Assembly: GCA_048882485.1 (NCBI GenBank)
Contig: JBHLRP010000007.1
Span: forward strand, 1-64,000
Reading direction: 5' to 3'
Source of the DNA: Candidatus Thorarchaeota archaeon
GTDB lineage: Archaea > Asgardarchaeota > Thorarchaeia > Thorarchaeales > Thorarchaeaceae
Length of the DNA: 64,000 nucleotides
Part shown: piece by piece, positions 37,740-48,244 of the stretch
Layout of the letters: every line of letters begins with the position of its first letter
How positions within the stretch are numbered: the stretch's first letter is position 1
Notes under the pieces: generated by a model
What the model saw: only the letters and a program-made list of their open reading frames with translations
Told to the model about the DNA's origin: nothing
The model's database searches: none
Program-made: the position numbers and the translations under genes

Positions 37740-39452
37740 ATGAGCAGTCCGTCAGACATTCTCCGCGACAAGGTTTGGAACGCAATAACGACTGTTGAGA
37801 GTAGAGGTCTTTTCGTTCATTCAACTGATCTGACTATTCGCTTCAAGGAACGAGCAAGAACGAGTGACAAGGTAGCTACTCGACGCTTGCCTCAGATTGT
37901 AGGTGCTTGTGTTCTAAACACATTGGTACCTCGTTCTGCAATGCTCTTGGTAGGAGGACATGGTGGAGGCAAAACCACACTAGTGAAGCTTCTTGGACGG
38001 ATGATGACCGGGAAGAGTCTTGATGAGATTGATGATGGCATGCTTCGAGGACATCCACAGCTCACAGAAGAGAAGATGGTGGCTACTCTCCGTCCTGGCC
38101 CATTGATGAAGGATGGAGTGGAGGTTGTGGTGTGGAGGAACTTTGTCACAGGATTCTGGAAGATGATTGATGAAGTTAATCGTCTTACACCTCACGCTCA
38201 AAACATCCTACTTTCAATGCTCGCTGAAGGTGAGCTGAAATACTATGATGAGGTCAAAAAGTGCGAAGAGTACTGTTTATTTGCCACGCTAAATCCATCA
38301 GACGCTGGAACATTCGAACTAGCGCCTCCTTTTTTGGATCGGTTCGGAATAGCTGTTCCGATTACAATGCCCTCCATCAATGACCTTGAACTCATTCTCA
38401 CAACCCGGGATGAGCGGCTATTTGGCTATGATGAGCTCTGGCAAGTTCCAGCAATTCTCAGTGAAGAGGATCTTCTTACTATATGGAATCTAGCCGACAA
38501 GATACCTGTTTCCTCCAGAGCGTCGGAGTACATGCGTTCATTGGTCAGGGAGTTTGGCGCTTGCATTCGAACGGACAAGAGTCAGACACACGAGTTGACT
38601 GTTGAAACTGGACTCTGTGATGGCTGTCATTTCAACACTGCAAAGAGTGTCTGCAACAAGGTTGTAATTCCACTTAGTGTGAGAGCCGCCAAAGATCTAA
38701 ACCGGTATGCAAAGGCTGCAGCCTGGTTGGTTGGATCTGGGGAAGTTGGCGTAGAGATAGTGAAGTCGCTTGCCCCACTTGTTTTTTGGCATAGAACCCG
38801 TTTCACTGGCGATGAAATGGAGCGAGCTCCGTTCTATGGTGACAGGTTTGCATTCGTGGAACATCTCGTGGAGCTGGCATCAACTAGGTTCGCACAGCGG
38901 GAGGCTGCAATCGAGCTCATGGAGAAACTACGAACCGGTAGTGCTGGCAAAGATGCGCTTGATGAGCTAAAGGAAATGGGGAAGAGTGATCTCCTCGTCA
39001 AGATTGACTATATCGACTTTGCTAAGGAACTCAAAAAGAAACGCTATGTGAAAATGGTTCAAAGTATAGAGAAGGGAGTTAAAGACAAGGATGTGACCAA
39101 GCTTACTGAAGTTCACGCTGAGCTTATGAAGGACACTGATTTTCCCAATAGAAGCGTCCTACTGAATAGAGTGTCAGAAGCTCTACACAGACTAACACTC
39201 TCTCAGTTCAACATCACCTTCGAGCAATGGCAAGAACTTTGGACAGTCATAAGTCTTCGATACCCTCCCATGACAAGTATCTTGAAGGAAACTCTCACAC
39301 CTCCAAGGCGGAAAGTAGTGCGAACTAATGGGTTGACCCTCGTCATCTATGTTACTGGTGATAAGCCCGAATCATCAGTCTTTCTTGAGATATCTGGAGG
39401 GACTGATGCGTTAGAATTGAAGAAAGAGATTGATTCGAGTCTTACAGAGTAG
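37740..39452 (+). CDS. MoxR-like AAA+ ATPase
   Basis: GGHGGGKTT, IDEVNR, FATLNP and PFLDRF motifs. Confidence 0.82.
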   Translation: MSSPSDILRDKVWNAITTVESRGLFVHSTDLTIRFKERARTSDKVATRRLPQIVGACVLNTLVPRSAMLLVGGHGGGKTTLVKLLGRMMTGKSLDEIDDGMLRGHPQLTEEKMVATLRPGPLMKDGVEVVVWRNFVTGFWKMIDEVNRLTPHAQNILLSMLAEGELKYYDEVKKCEEYCLFATLNPSDAGTFELAPPFLDRFGIAVPITMPSINDLELILTTRDERLFGYDELWQVPAILSEEDLLTIWNLADKIPVSSRASEYMRSLVREFGACIRTDKSQTHELTVETGLCDGCHFNTAKSVCNKVVIPLSVRAAKDLNRYAKAAAWLVGSGEVGVEIVKSLAPLVFWHRTRFTGDEMERAPFYGDRFAFVEHLVELASTRFAQREAAIELMEKLRTGSAGKDALDELKEMGKSDLLVKIDYIDFAKELKKKRYVKMVQSIEKGVKDKDVTKLTEVHAELMKDTDFPNRSVLLNRVSEALHRLTLSQFNITFEQWQELWTVISLRYPPMTSILKETLTPPRRKVVRTNGLTLVIYVTGDKPESSVFLEISGGTDALELKKEIDSSLTE

Positions 39453-39466
39453 GAGATTGCCGCTAG

Positions 39467-41185
39467 TTGACAGAAGCTCGGGAGCTAGGCAGAAGCGATC
39501 TATTGAGTGAGGTTGCACGCCGTGCATGGGAGCGTGCGCTCGCTGACTTTTATCATCCCCCTTTGCCTGATGTACATGTAGAGCATAATGCAGATGCAAG
39601 CAGCTACTTCTATATTGATTCTGATGACTGGACAGTCCATCTGAACACAGCCGGAGTTCCTCCCAATCTTGATATGAACGAGGCTGAGCCCTACTTCAGA
39701 TCAGTCTGTCACCATGAGATTCAGCATTACCTGGTCTGCCCTTATGATGCTGTGATGAATGGAATGATGTTTGCAGCTGCCAGATGTCATGTATCTGATG
39801 CAACTGCCTTGTTTGTGTGTAACCTGTTTGCCGATCTAGTTGTGGATTCAGCCTTGCTTAAGAGATATACACGTCTCACACATTCGCGTATCACATCCAA
39901 TATCTTTGGCTCTTCCATGATGGGCCAAGCTCATAGTCCATTGTGGCTCTTGATAGTGTCCTGCTACAGAGCGATGTGGGGCTTTCCACTTCCTTCAACA
40001 GTCACTATAGACAAGGAGACCTATGAGGCTGCTGAGTCGATAGCATGGATTAGCCGAAAATATATCGACACTGAGAAGAGGTGGCCCAAGGCAGTTGAGG
40101 AGATCGCTAAGATTGTGGCTCATTGGCAGCCTGATCGCGATGAGCCTCTTGCAGGCTATGGGGCAACTGCTGAGCCTGGCGAAGGAGGAGCCACAGGAAC
40201 CGTATTCGTCCCACTTGATGTGGATTCGGTGATGGGCAACCCGACTGAGATACGAAATGGCGACCGCGCAAAGCGATGTATGAAAGATGCTGATGACGAG
40301 AATCTCGAGAAGGAAATGGAGCGGCTAGCAGTTGAGGTTGAACAAAGAGGTGGGGACCTTAGAGACCTCGAAGCTGTCTATCTGGTCGCTGGGATTGGTT
40401 CGAAGAGGAAAGAGTGGATTCGCTTCTGGTATAGGGCGAAGGTTCGTGGTCTCTTAAGATTTGATGTACGAGAGCGAAAAGCAGCAGGCTCCACACCGCT
40501 ATCTACTCAGGTCTGGCGGCTAGGGGACCCAATTGAGGAGCTTGATGTTGTGCAGAGCCTACAGGCATTCCCTATCCTAGTTCCCAATCTCTCTACTAGA
40601 CGTTGGCTTAGGAAAGAGATGTACGGAGAGTATGAATCCGACACTCTTCCTGATCTACTGCTTGTGATTGACTCAAGTGGTTCAATGACTTGGTCAATGC
40701 GTGGGAAGACTGTGTCTGGGCCATACCACACGGCATTGGTTTCTGCGTTTGCAGCCATGGACGTTGCTCTTCGAAAAGGGAGCCGTGTGGCAGCTATCAA
40801 CTTCTCGGATGGTGCTCGAATATGCAACTGGACTAGAGAACGTTCAGTTGTGGAAAAGGTGCTATTGGCTTACCAAGGTGGAGGCACAGTTGCTCCAATA
40901 GAGAAGATCTCTGAATCTTGCGATGCTGCAGGCCCTCCGGTCATGGTCCTTATGATTACTGATGCCGAGATTGCCAACTGGAATCGGCTCATCAAGTCGA
41001 TGGCAAAGCTCACTCGTCGCGGTCACAAGTATTTCATGTTCCACATCGAATCACCTGGATACGAGATTGATGACCAAGCGCTTGTCGCGATGGCCAAGGC
41101 CGGGGTCTCCGCTATCCCCGTTGAGTCAGTGACGGATTTACCTGGATTGGTTGTGAGAGAGGTGAGAGGTGTCTACAATTCGTGA
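39467..41185 (+). CDS. VWA domain protein with N-terminal HExxH metallopeptidase-like domain
   Basis: HHEIQH; MIDAS motif VIDSSGS...GGGT...ITDAE. Confidence 0.82.
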   Translation: MTEARELGRSDLLSEVARRAWERALADFYHPPLPDVHVEHNADASSYFYIDSDDWTVHLNTAGVPPNLDMNEAEPYFRSVCHHEIQHYLVCPYDAVMNGMMFAAARCHVSDATALFVCNLFADLVVDSALLKRYTRLTHSRITSNIFGSSMMGQAHSPLWLLIVSCYRAMWGFPLPSTVTIDKETYEAAESIAWISRKYIDTEKRWPKAVEEIAKIVAHWQPDRDEPLAGYGATAEPGEGGATGTVFVPLDVDSVMGNPTEIRNGDRAKRCMKDADDENLEKEMERLAVEVEQRGGDLRDLEAVYLVAGIGSKRKEWIRFWYRAKVRGLLRFDVRERKAAGSTPLSTQVWRLGDPIEELDVVQSLQAFPILVPNLSTRRWLRKEMYGEYESDTLPDLLLVIDSSGSMTWSMRGKTVSGPYHTALVSAFAAMDVALRKGSRVAAINFSDGARICNWTRERSVVEKVLLAYQGGGTVAPIEKISESCDAAGPPVMVLMITDAEIANWNRLIKSMAKLTRRGHKYFMFHIESPGYEIDDQALVAMAKAGVSAIPVESVTDLPGLVVREVRGVYNS

Positions 41186-41191
41186 TGAATT

Positions 41192-42637
41192 CTAATCAGG
41201 AGCATCATCAGACGCTGTCGGTTGTGGAATACCCATCAAATATGCATGCATCGATCTTGCGGCTATTCTTCCTGCACCCATTGCCTCGATCACTGTAGCT
41301 GAACCAGTGACAATGTCACCGCCTGCCCAGACCTGTGGCAGGTTTGTGCGATTGTTCTCATTCACAACAATATAGCCCCATTTGTTGAGTTCTAAGTCCG
41401 GCATTGTCTTTGTCAACAATGGATTTGCGCCTGCTCCGATTGAGATGATTACTTGATCGCATTCAATCTCGAAGTTTGATCCCTCGATCGGAATTGGTCG
41501 CTTTCTTCCGCTAGCGTCGGGTTCCCCAAGCTCCATCCTGATACATTCCATTCCTACAACTTCTCCATCTTTCCCAAGAATCTTCACAGGATTGGTCAAC
41601 AACTTGAAGATGATGCCTTCCTCCTCCGCATGATGGACCTCTTCTCCTCTAGCAGGTAGTTGCTCACGCGCACGTCTGTACACTATGGTGGTCTTTGCGC
41701 CCAGTCGCTTGGCAGTTCGTGCGGAATCCATCGCCACATTTCCGCCGCCTACAACGCAGACATGCTCACCAGGAGGTAATGGCGAGTCGTAGTCCGGGAA
41801 TAGATACCCCTTCATTAGGTTACTGCGAGTCAGATACTCATTAGCTGAGTAGACTCCGTTCAACTCCTCGCCCTCAATTCGCATGAACCATGGAAGTCCT
41901 GCTCCTACACCGATGTATATTGCGTCATACTCCTCCATTAGTTCCTCCATCGTGACGGTCATGCCGGCAACTACATTCAGCTCGAAGTTCACTCCCTGCC
42001 GCGCAAGGTAGTCGACCTCTGCTGCCACAATTTCCTTGGGGAGTCTGAACTCCGGGATCCCATAGACCAATACGCCGCCCGCCTCATGGAGTGCTTCAAA
42101 GACAGTGATTTCATGCCCTTCAAGAACGAGGTCTCCTGCGACTGTCAAGCCTGATGGTCCAGAGCCAATCACTGCGACCTTCTTACCTGTTGACTTCGCC
42201 TTTGACGGAATTTCAACCAAATTGTTGTTCCGCTCGTAATCTGCGACAAAGCGTTCCAAAGCGCCAATGGACACTCCTCCATACCTCTTGAACAGCGTGC
42301 AGTCTCCTTCACACTGATTCTCCTGCGGACAAACACGGCCAGTGACTGCTGGAAGCACATTCGTTTCTTTGATGAGCTTGGCAGCGTCTCCAAACTTCCC
42401 TTCGCCCACTAGCTTGATGAATTCAGGGATTTGCACTCCCACAGGGCATCCATGAACGCAGGGCTGCTTCCTGCAGTCAAGACATCTCTTTGCTTCCTCC
42501 ATGGCCTGTTCAGGAGTGAGTCCCAATGGAACTTCTTCGAAGTTCGCAGCACGTGCGGAAGAATCCTGTTCTGGCATCTTCGCCCTTGGAATGGCCATTC
42601 TCTCCTTTGGAGTGAGGCCATCCTTTCGCTTGCTCAT
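41192..42637 (-). CDS. sudA: NfnB/SudA-type NADPH-dependent oxidoreductase large subunit (GltD-like)
   Basis: RCLDC...CVHGCP, GRVCPQENQCE, IGSGPSG, YGIPEFRL and GGGNVAMD motifs. Confidence 0.88.
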   Translation of the reverse strand: MSKRKDGLTPKERMAIPRAKMPEQDSSARAANFEEVPLGLTPEQAMEEAKRCLDCRKQPCVHGCPVGVQIPEFIKLVGEGKFGDAAKLIKETNVLPAVTGRVCPQENQCEGDCTLFKRYGGVSIGALERFVADYERNNNLVEIPSKAKSTGKKVAVIGSGPSGLTVAGDLVLEGHEITVFEALHEAGGVLVYGIPEFRLPKEIVAAEVDYLARQGVNFELNVVAGMTVTMEELMEEYDAIYIGVGAGLPWFMRIEGEELNGVYSANEYLTRSNLMKGYLFPDYDSPLPPGEHVCVVGGGNVAMDSARTAKRLGAKTTIVYRRAREQLPARGEEVHHAEEEGIIFKLLTNPVKILGKDGEVVGMECIRMELGEPDASGRKRPIPIEGSNFEIECDQVIISIGAGANPLLTKTMPDLELNKWGYIVVNENNRTNLPQVWAGGDIVTGSATVIEAMGAGRIAARSMHAYLMGIPQPTASDDAPD

Positions 42638-43506
42638 TGGGACACCTCCTTCTTTTGCTTCTCTAGAGGCGCCACGTTCGCCGTACAGCTGTAGAATTGA
42701 AACGCCATGTTCTCCTCAGCAACATATGCTCTCTTTCTGGCAAAGACTAAGTCCCAATTTACTTGATGTCCGTCGAAGTCAGGGCCATCAACACAAGCAA
42801 ACTTGGTCGACCCACCAACCTCAACACGGCATACTCCACACATTCCAGTTCCATCAATCATCAGTGTGTTCAAAGCCACCACGGTTGGGATATCGTGCGG
42901 CTGAGTACCTTGGCTTGAGACCATCATCATATACGTACAGCCGACAAAATGTGCATGGTCTATCTTGCCCTCCTTCTCCAGGATATGTGGTAGAGCCTCC
43001 TTGGCATGCCCTTTGATGCCCCGTGACCCATCTCCAGTGACTAGGTATAGCTCATCAAGTACTTCTCGTAGGTTCTCCTCATTATAGATAATATATGAGG
43101 TTCTAGCTTCAAGCATTCCCACTACGCGGTTTCCTGCTTCCTTGAACGCCTTGGCTAATGGGTAGATAGCGCCAATTCCATAGCAGCCACCTCCTAGGAG
43201 GACAGTCCCATGGTTCTCAATTTTGGTTGGTCTCCCTAATGGGCCTACAAGAGTGTGCACAACCTGGCCCGGGCTCATTTTGCCCAGCTTCATTGTGGTC
43301 ACGCCTGCTTCGAGATAGTATATTGTTATAGTGCCAGCTTCTGAATCCCAGTCTGACAGGGTGAGAGGCACTCTCTCTCCAACCTCGTCTGGAATAAGCA
43401 TAATGAATTGACCTGCCTTGGCACGACGAGCTATGATGGGCGCTTTAAGCACTAATCGTCGTGTATTCGGAACGACTTCGGTGTTCTCAAGAATCTGTCC
43501 TTTCAC
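42634..43506 (-). CDS. sudB: NfnA/SudB-type FAD/2Fe-2S small subunit
   Basis: ERVPLT, GPLG and DGTGMCGVCRV...CVDGPDF motifs. Confidence 0.88.
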   Translation of the reverse strand: MKGQILENTEVVPNTRRLVLKAPIIARRAKAGQFIMLIPDEVGERVPLTLSDWDSEAGTITIYYLEAGVTTMKLGKMSPGQVVHTLVGPLGRPTKIENHGTVLLGGGCYGIGAIYPLAKAFKEAGNRVVGMLEARTSYIIYNEENLREVLDELYLVTGDGSRGIKGHAKEALPHILEKEGKIDHAHFVGCTYMMMVSSQGTQPHDIPTVVALNTLMIDGTGMCGVCRVEVGGSTKFACVDGPDFDGHQVNWDLVFARKRAYVAEENMAFQFYSCTANVAPLEKQKKEVSQ

Positions 43507-45812
43507 CTCGCCACCTCCTGTTTCTGAGAAGCTTGTTTCTCCTCCATGCGTTTCAATAGATCATCAAGTGAGTCTGTGGAGATGGCTGCATCACGATATG
43601 GCAATGCCTTGACGAATGTGCCAAGGTCTGTGACTCTGTCCGGCAACGATGCTCCTCGATATCTCGGATACCACTCATTCTTCTCCTTGGTCGCGGGTTT
43701 CCAAGATGCTCTCTGAGCCTGTCCACCCACCTCGATATTCCGGCTGAGATGCTGCAGTTCCTCCCATATCTCCTCGGCATTGGTAAATGAGAATCCATCA
43801 ATTCCCAATTTCTTAGCAATGTCAGCAAAGATACGCCAGTCCTCTTTTGCAATACCCGGAGGTTTGGCTGCTTGTTTCAACTTAAAGGGCCTCATTTCAA
43901 GATTCACGAATGTGCCATCTTCTTCAACGAAGGCTGCTGATGGAAGGATAATCGAAGCTCTCTCAATCCATTCAGAAGGATATGGTGATTGATAGATTAT
44001 AATTGGGACCTTCTCGAAACCTTTCATAGAGATTGAGCCGTCTGCAACATAGAGAACATCGAGCTGGCCTTTCTTAGCCTTCTCACGCATCTCTGTTAGA
44101 TGTAAGCCATCGGAGAACTCGCCCTTCCCCCATGCCTTCTTGACTACCGCGGCGGCTTTCTTCACTGTCACAGATGAAGGCCCTGGAAGCATATCAGGGC
44201 GCAATCCTGCTCTAATAGCCCCTGCCTCGTTGCCCAATGGGAACATAGGCAGAATAATCCCGTCATCGCCGGCAATCCTTACTAGGGACCTGAGAGCAAG
44301 CCTTGGCTCAGGCGACTCAAGGATTCTGGGTCCAATAATAATTGCACCTCTTCCAGACTTGGTGACTTCTAATAGTCTCTTTGCCTGACCACCTTTTACG
44401 CCTGCGAGCTTCTCCTTTTTGTCTGCTAAATCACTGAGAAGTTTGTGAAGCTTCTTCGGTGAAACTGGGGCGTATTCTGTAGCCCATCTACGTAGGTTCA
44501 TTCCAACCTCATCTAACACAATAAGAGGTGTGCCTTCTTTCACAAACTTGTAGGTCAATTTTGCTACAACTTGGTGCGTCTTAACGAAGTCGCCTCCGAC
44601 AGATATTATCCAGTCCGCCTCTTCGAGAGCATCAAGAGATTGGATTCGGTGGAAATCCTGGTCCCTGGCCAGTTCCTTGTGAATCAGAGCTGGGAAGTCA
44701 GATCCCTGAAAATCTACATTGGGGCTTTTGATGCCTGCTCTAGCCAACTTGTTGAATAGGTAAGCTGACTCTGTGCTCATGTTTGGACTGCCGAGAAGGC
44801 CCGCTCGATTGGGGTCAGCATCGCCAAAAATCCCTGCGACTTCGGCAACAGCGTCATCCCACGATACAGGAATTAGTTCGTCTCCTCTTCTCACATGAGG
44901 TGCCTTTAGCCTGTCAGGAGCATTCACCATAGAGGGAATGCAGAATCTTCCAAGAACGCACATGTGACCGTAGTTGGGAGCGCTCTTCCTGTCGCCTGGT
45001 CCCGTTCCCATAATTCGGTCCCATTTCACATCAAGTCGTGTCTGACAGCCAACTCCGCACAATACGCAGGTGGATTCCTCTTCAGAATCAGCCACGCCCA
45101 TCCATTTGGTCATTCTTGGCATCAATGCCCCTGTTGGGCAGACATCGATACACGCCCCACAGAACCAGCATCCACTATCGATGTGTGAGGTTCCGAATGC
45201 TGTGTCAACACGCGTTTCATGTCCTCTCTGAGAGAACGTTATAGCACCCGTTCCACGCACTTCATCACATACACGAACGCATCTTGCGCATAGAATGCAC
45301 AGATTGTAGTCTCGATCAAAGAATGGGTCTTCTCTCTCGATTGGCTCGCTCTTGTAATAGGGTTGGTAATCCAAATCCCTTATCTCCAAGAACTCGACAA
45401 CCTCTCTCAATTCACAAATATCACGATTAGGACATGTATTGCATCCTGTCACTGCCCCTGCTCTGTGTGACTCGGTTCTATATTTCAAGCAGTCTGGCCA
45501 CTCAAAGCAGACGAGGCATGCACTGGGATGTTCTCTGAGGATGAGCTGCAGGATATTGCGCTTCATCTTTAGCAAGTCATCGGTCTCAGTCTTGATGACC
45601 ATTCCTTCCTTCGGCGATGTAGTACAGGCGGCTTGATACCCTCTCCATCCCTCAACTTCAATCAGACATAATCGACAACCGCCATAGGCTTCGAGTTCTT
45701 CATGGTCACAAAGGGTTGGAATCTGAATGCCAGCGGACCTAGCAACATCGAGCACTGATTGAGCGTCCTTGGCAAACTCCACTTTCTTGTCGTTAATGAA
45801 CATTGTAGGCAT
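43503..45812 (-). CDS. NuoG/HydA/FdhA-like Fe-S subunit with degenerate molybdopterin-fold domain
   Basis: IPTLC...GGCRLC...AC (2Fe-2S), HxxxCxxC, two CxxCxxCxxxC and CVLCGVGC; the true start is ATG 45812 (TAATG overlap with the nuoF-like stop). Confidence 0.85.
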   Translation of the reverse strand: MPTMFINDKKVEFAKDAQSVLDVARSAGIQIPTLCDHEELEAYGGCRLCLIEVEGWRGYQAACTTSPKEGMVIKTETDDLLKMKRNILQLILREHPSACLVCFEWPDCLKYRTESHRAGAVTGCNTCPNRDICELREVVEFLEIRDLDYQPYYKSEPIEREDPFFDRDYNLCILCARCVRVCDEVRGTGAITFSQRGHETRVDTAFGTSHIDSGCWFCGACIDVCPTGALMPRMTKWMGVADSEEESTCVLCGVGCQTRLDVKWDRIMGTGPGDRKSAPNYGHMCVLGRFCIPSMVNAPDRLKAPHVRRGDELIPVSWDDAVAEVAGIFGDADPNRAGLLGSPNMSTESAYLFNKLARAGIKSPNVDFQGSDFPALIHKELARDQDFHRIQSLDALEEADWIISVGGDFVKTHQVVAKLTYKFVKEGTPLIVLDEVGMNLRRWATEYAPVSPKKLHKLLSDLADKKEKLAGVKGGQAKRLLEVTKSGRGAIIIGPRILESPEPRLALRSLVRIAGDDGIILPMFPLGNEAGAIRAGLRPDMLPGPSSVTVKKAAAVVKKAWGKGEFSDGLHLTEMREKAKKGQLDVLYVADGSISMKGFEKVPIIIYQSPYPSEWIERASIILPSAAFVEEDGTFVNLEMRPFKLKQAAKPPGIAKEDWRIFADIAKKLGIDGFSFTNAEEIWEELQHLSRNIEVGGQAQRASWKPATKEKNEWYPRYRGASLPDRVTDLGTFVKALPYRDAAISTDSLDDLLKRMEEKQASQKQEVAR

Positions 45813-47638
45813 TATTTGCCACCTCCCTTCTGGAAAGCTTGGATTTTTTCCACGGCTGACGCTTTTGGTGGACAGACCTCGAAGCAAGCTCCGCATTTTA
45901 TACAAAGGTCTTGATCTATCACATGGACAACATCTTTCTCTCCGGTTATTGCGCTGGCTGGGCAAATCCTCTTGCAAGCGCCGCATGCAATGCATGTTTC
46001 AGCATTGATATTGTACTTGATGAGTTCCTTACAGACCATAGCCCTGCATTTCTTGTCATTGATATGTTCTTCATACTCCTCTCGAAAGTATCGAAGAGTT
46101 GTAAGCACAGGATTTGGCGCAGTCTGGCCAAGACCACACAGTGACCCATCTTTCACAGTGTTGGCCAACTCCGCTAAAGCTTCTATATCGCCAGACTCAC
46201 CTTCACCAGACTTAATCTTGTCCAGCAGTTTGAGCATCTGAAGTGTGCCAATTCTGCATGGAGCACACTTTCCGCAGGATTCCTCTTGAGCGAATGAGAG
46301 GAAGTAGCGAGCAACATCGACCATGCATGTTGTCTCGTCCATCACGATCATCCCGCCAGAGCCCATTATGGTTCCAGCTTGAGTCAACGAGTCATAGTCC
46401 ACCGGTAGATCGAGCTTGTCTGCTGGAACACAGCCGCCAGATGGACCACCAGTTTGGACAGCTTTGAATTCTGCATCGTCCTGGATGCCGCCTCCAATAT
46501 CGAAGATGATAGTGCGCAGAGTTGTACCCATTGGAACTTCAACAAGACCAGAGTTCTCCACTTTTCCAGTTAGTGCAAAGACTGCTGTTCCTTTGCTCTT
46601 TTCAGAACCTACAGAGGAGAACCAATCTGCACCCTTCGCTAGGATGTGTGCAGACGATGCTAGAGATTTGGCATTATTGAGTACAGTAGGTTTGCCCCAG
46701 AGGCCACTCTCCGTTGGGTACGGGGGTCTTGGCCTTGGCATTCCCCTCTTTCCCTCAATGGATGCTAGCAGTGCAGTTTCTTCACCACACACAAATGCCC
46801 CTGCGCCTTCCTTGACGTGCACCTGTGCACTGAAGTCCGATCCTAAAATATCGCTGCCAACGAATCCTCTTGCTTTCGCATCCTCTAGGGCTTTTCTAAA
46901 GCGCTTGACAGCTAATGGGTATTCATGGCGGACGTATATGTATGCATCACTCGCACCAATCGCATAGCATGCAATCAGCATCCCCTCCAGCACGCTGTGA
47001 GGATCCGCTTCAAGCAACGAACGATCCATGAACGCTCCAGGGTCTCCCTCATCAGCATTGCAGACGACATATTTCTGGTCGCCTGGTGCATTTCTTCCAA
47101 GCTTCCATTTTAGGCCCGTTGAGAATCCGGCTCCGCCTCTCCCTCTGAGACCAGAGCTGATGACCTCCTCCACTACCTCCTCGGGCGTCATCGTAGTCAA
47201 TGCCCTCTTGAGGCCTTCATATCCGCCTCTACCGATGTAGTCATCTATATTCTCTGGGTCAATCTCTCCACAGTTATGCAGAATGATTCTGTGCTGATGC
47301 GAATAGAATGGAATCTCATCATATTTCGGAATCTTCTCCTCTGTGTTTGGCTCAATGTAGTAAAGCCGCTCCAAGGGTTGGCCATTGATCAGGTGGGACT
47401 CGACAATATCGGGAACATCCGACTCTTGGACCATCGCATAGAACGTTCCCTCTGGCTGGATGGCTATAATTGGTCCCTGCTGACAAAATCCATGGCAACC
47501 AGTTTTCTTGACTTGAACCTTCTTCTCAGCACCTTGCTTCTTGACTTCTTCGACTAGCTTCTCGTGGATGACGGCAGACTTGGAGGACTCACATCCGGTC
47601 CCTCTGCAGATGAAGACGGTTCTAATATCCTCTGTCAT
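45812..47638 (-). CDS. NuoF/HydB-like FMN/NADH-binding subunit with N-terminal 2Fe-2S and C-terminal 2x[4Fe-4S]
   Basis: SGLRGRGGAGF, NADEGDPG, FVCGEETAL, ESCGKCAPCRIG and a C-terminal ferredoxin domain. Confidence 0.92.
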   Translation of the reverse strand: MTEDIRTVFICRGTGCESSKSAVIHEKLVEEVKKQGAEKKVQVKKTGCHGFCQQGPIIAIQPEGTFYAMVQESDVPDIVESHLINGQPLERLYYIEPNTEEKIPKYDEIPFYSHQHRIILHNCGEIDPENIDDYIGRGGYEGLKRALTTMTPEEVVEEVISSGLRGRGGAGFSTGLKWKLGRNAPGDQKYVVCNADEGDPGAFMDRSLLEADPHSVLEGMLIACYAIGASDAYIYVRHEYPLAVKRFRKALEDAKARGFVGSDILGSDFSAQVHVKEGAGAFVCGEETALLASIEGKRGMPRPRPPYPTESGLWGKPTVLNNAKSLASSAHILAKGADWFSSVGSEKSKGTAVFALTGKVENSGLVEVPMGTTLRTIIFDIGGGIQDDAEFKAVQTGGPSGGCVPADKLDLPVDYDSLTQAGTIMGSGGMIVMDETTCMVDVARYFLSFAQEESCGKCAPCRIGTLQMLKLLDKIKSGEGESGDIEALAELANTVKDGSLCGLGQTAPNPVLTTLRYFREEYEEHINDKKCRAMVCKELIKYNINAETCIACGACKRICPASAITGEKDVVHVIDQDLCIKCGACFEVCPPKASAVEKIQAFQKGGGK

Positions 47639-48105
47639 TTACTAGCCCCCTTCTTCTCGTCCTCTTTGTCCTTCTTGTCGATCTGCTGGAAGAGTCTTGA
47701 CATTTTGCGCTGTGTCATCTTTCCGTGAACCTCGTCATCGACCACAGCTACAGGAGCTAGAGCACAGCATCCAAGACATGCTACACGTTCCAGACTATAC
47801 TTACCATCCTCAGTTGTTTCACCAGGCTCTACTCCCAGGCGTTCCGTAGTCGCAGCAAGCAGGCTTCCTCCTCCCTGAACAAAACATGCAGTTCCCATGC
47901 ACATCTTCAATTGATGCTTGCCAGGCGGAGAAAAGCGGAAGTTCTTGTAGAAGGTAGCCACGCCGTAGACCTCTTGCTCGCTTAGATGCATCTCCTCTGC
48001 TAGCCATTGAACAGCCTCTCGAGGGATGTATCCAAGACGCACCTGAATCTTCTGAAGGTGGGGGATAAGCTCTGAAACAAGAGATTCTCTGGAAGGTTCG
48101 TGCAT
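47635..48105 (-). CDS. NuoE/HydC-like 2Fe-2S subunit
   Basis: VATFY, CMGTAC and CLGCCALAP motifs. Confidence 0.92.
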   Translation of the reverse strand: MHEPSRESLVSELIPHLQKIQVRLGYIPREAVQWLAEEMHLSEQEVYGVATFYKNFRFSPPGKHQLKMCMGTACFVQGGGSLLAATTERLGVEPGETTEDGKYSLERVACLGCCALAPVAVVDDEVHGKMTQRKMSRLFQQIDKKDKEDEKKGASK

Positions 48106-48244
48106 GAATCGGGCACCCTTGTATCACAGATAAAAGGATTTGGAAACGACTTGGAATTTGAAGCGTCACAAGAGAGGATGCAAGGATTGCATGTATTGTA
48201 AGGGTTCATTAGACAGAGGCAGGCTTCCTTAGTCTAGGTGTGTA

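Noticed and set aside
43503-45995. Formate dehydrogenase, [FeFe]-hydrogenase or a selenoprotein; also the 830-aa ORF start
   Set aside because: There is no Mo/W-ligand Cys/Sec, no in-frame TGA and no H-cluster motif. The first 61 codons overlap the nuoF-like gene, so the start was moved to 45812.
46416-46967. Long antisense ORFs (for example 46416-46967, 36824-37372, 42501-43016, 51518-52018)
   Set aside because: They are shadows of well-supported genes on the opposite strand and carry no recognisable motifs.
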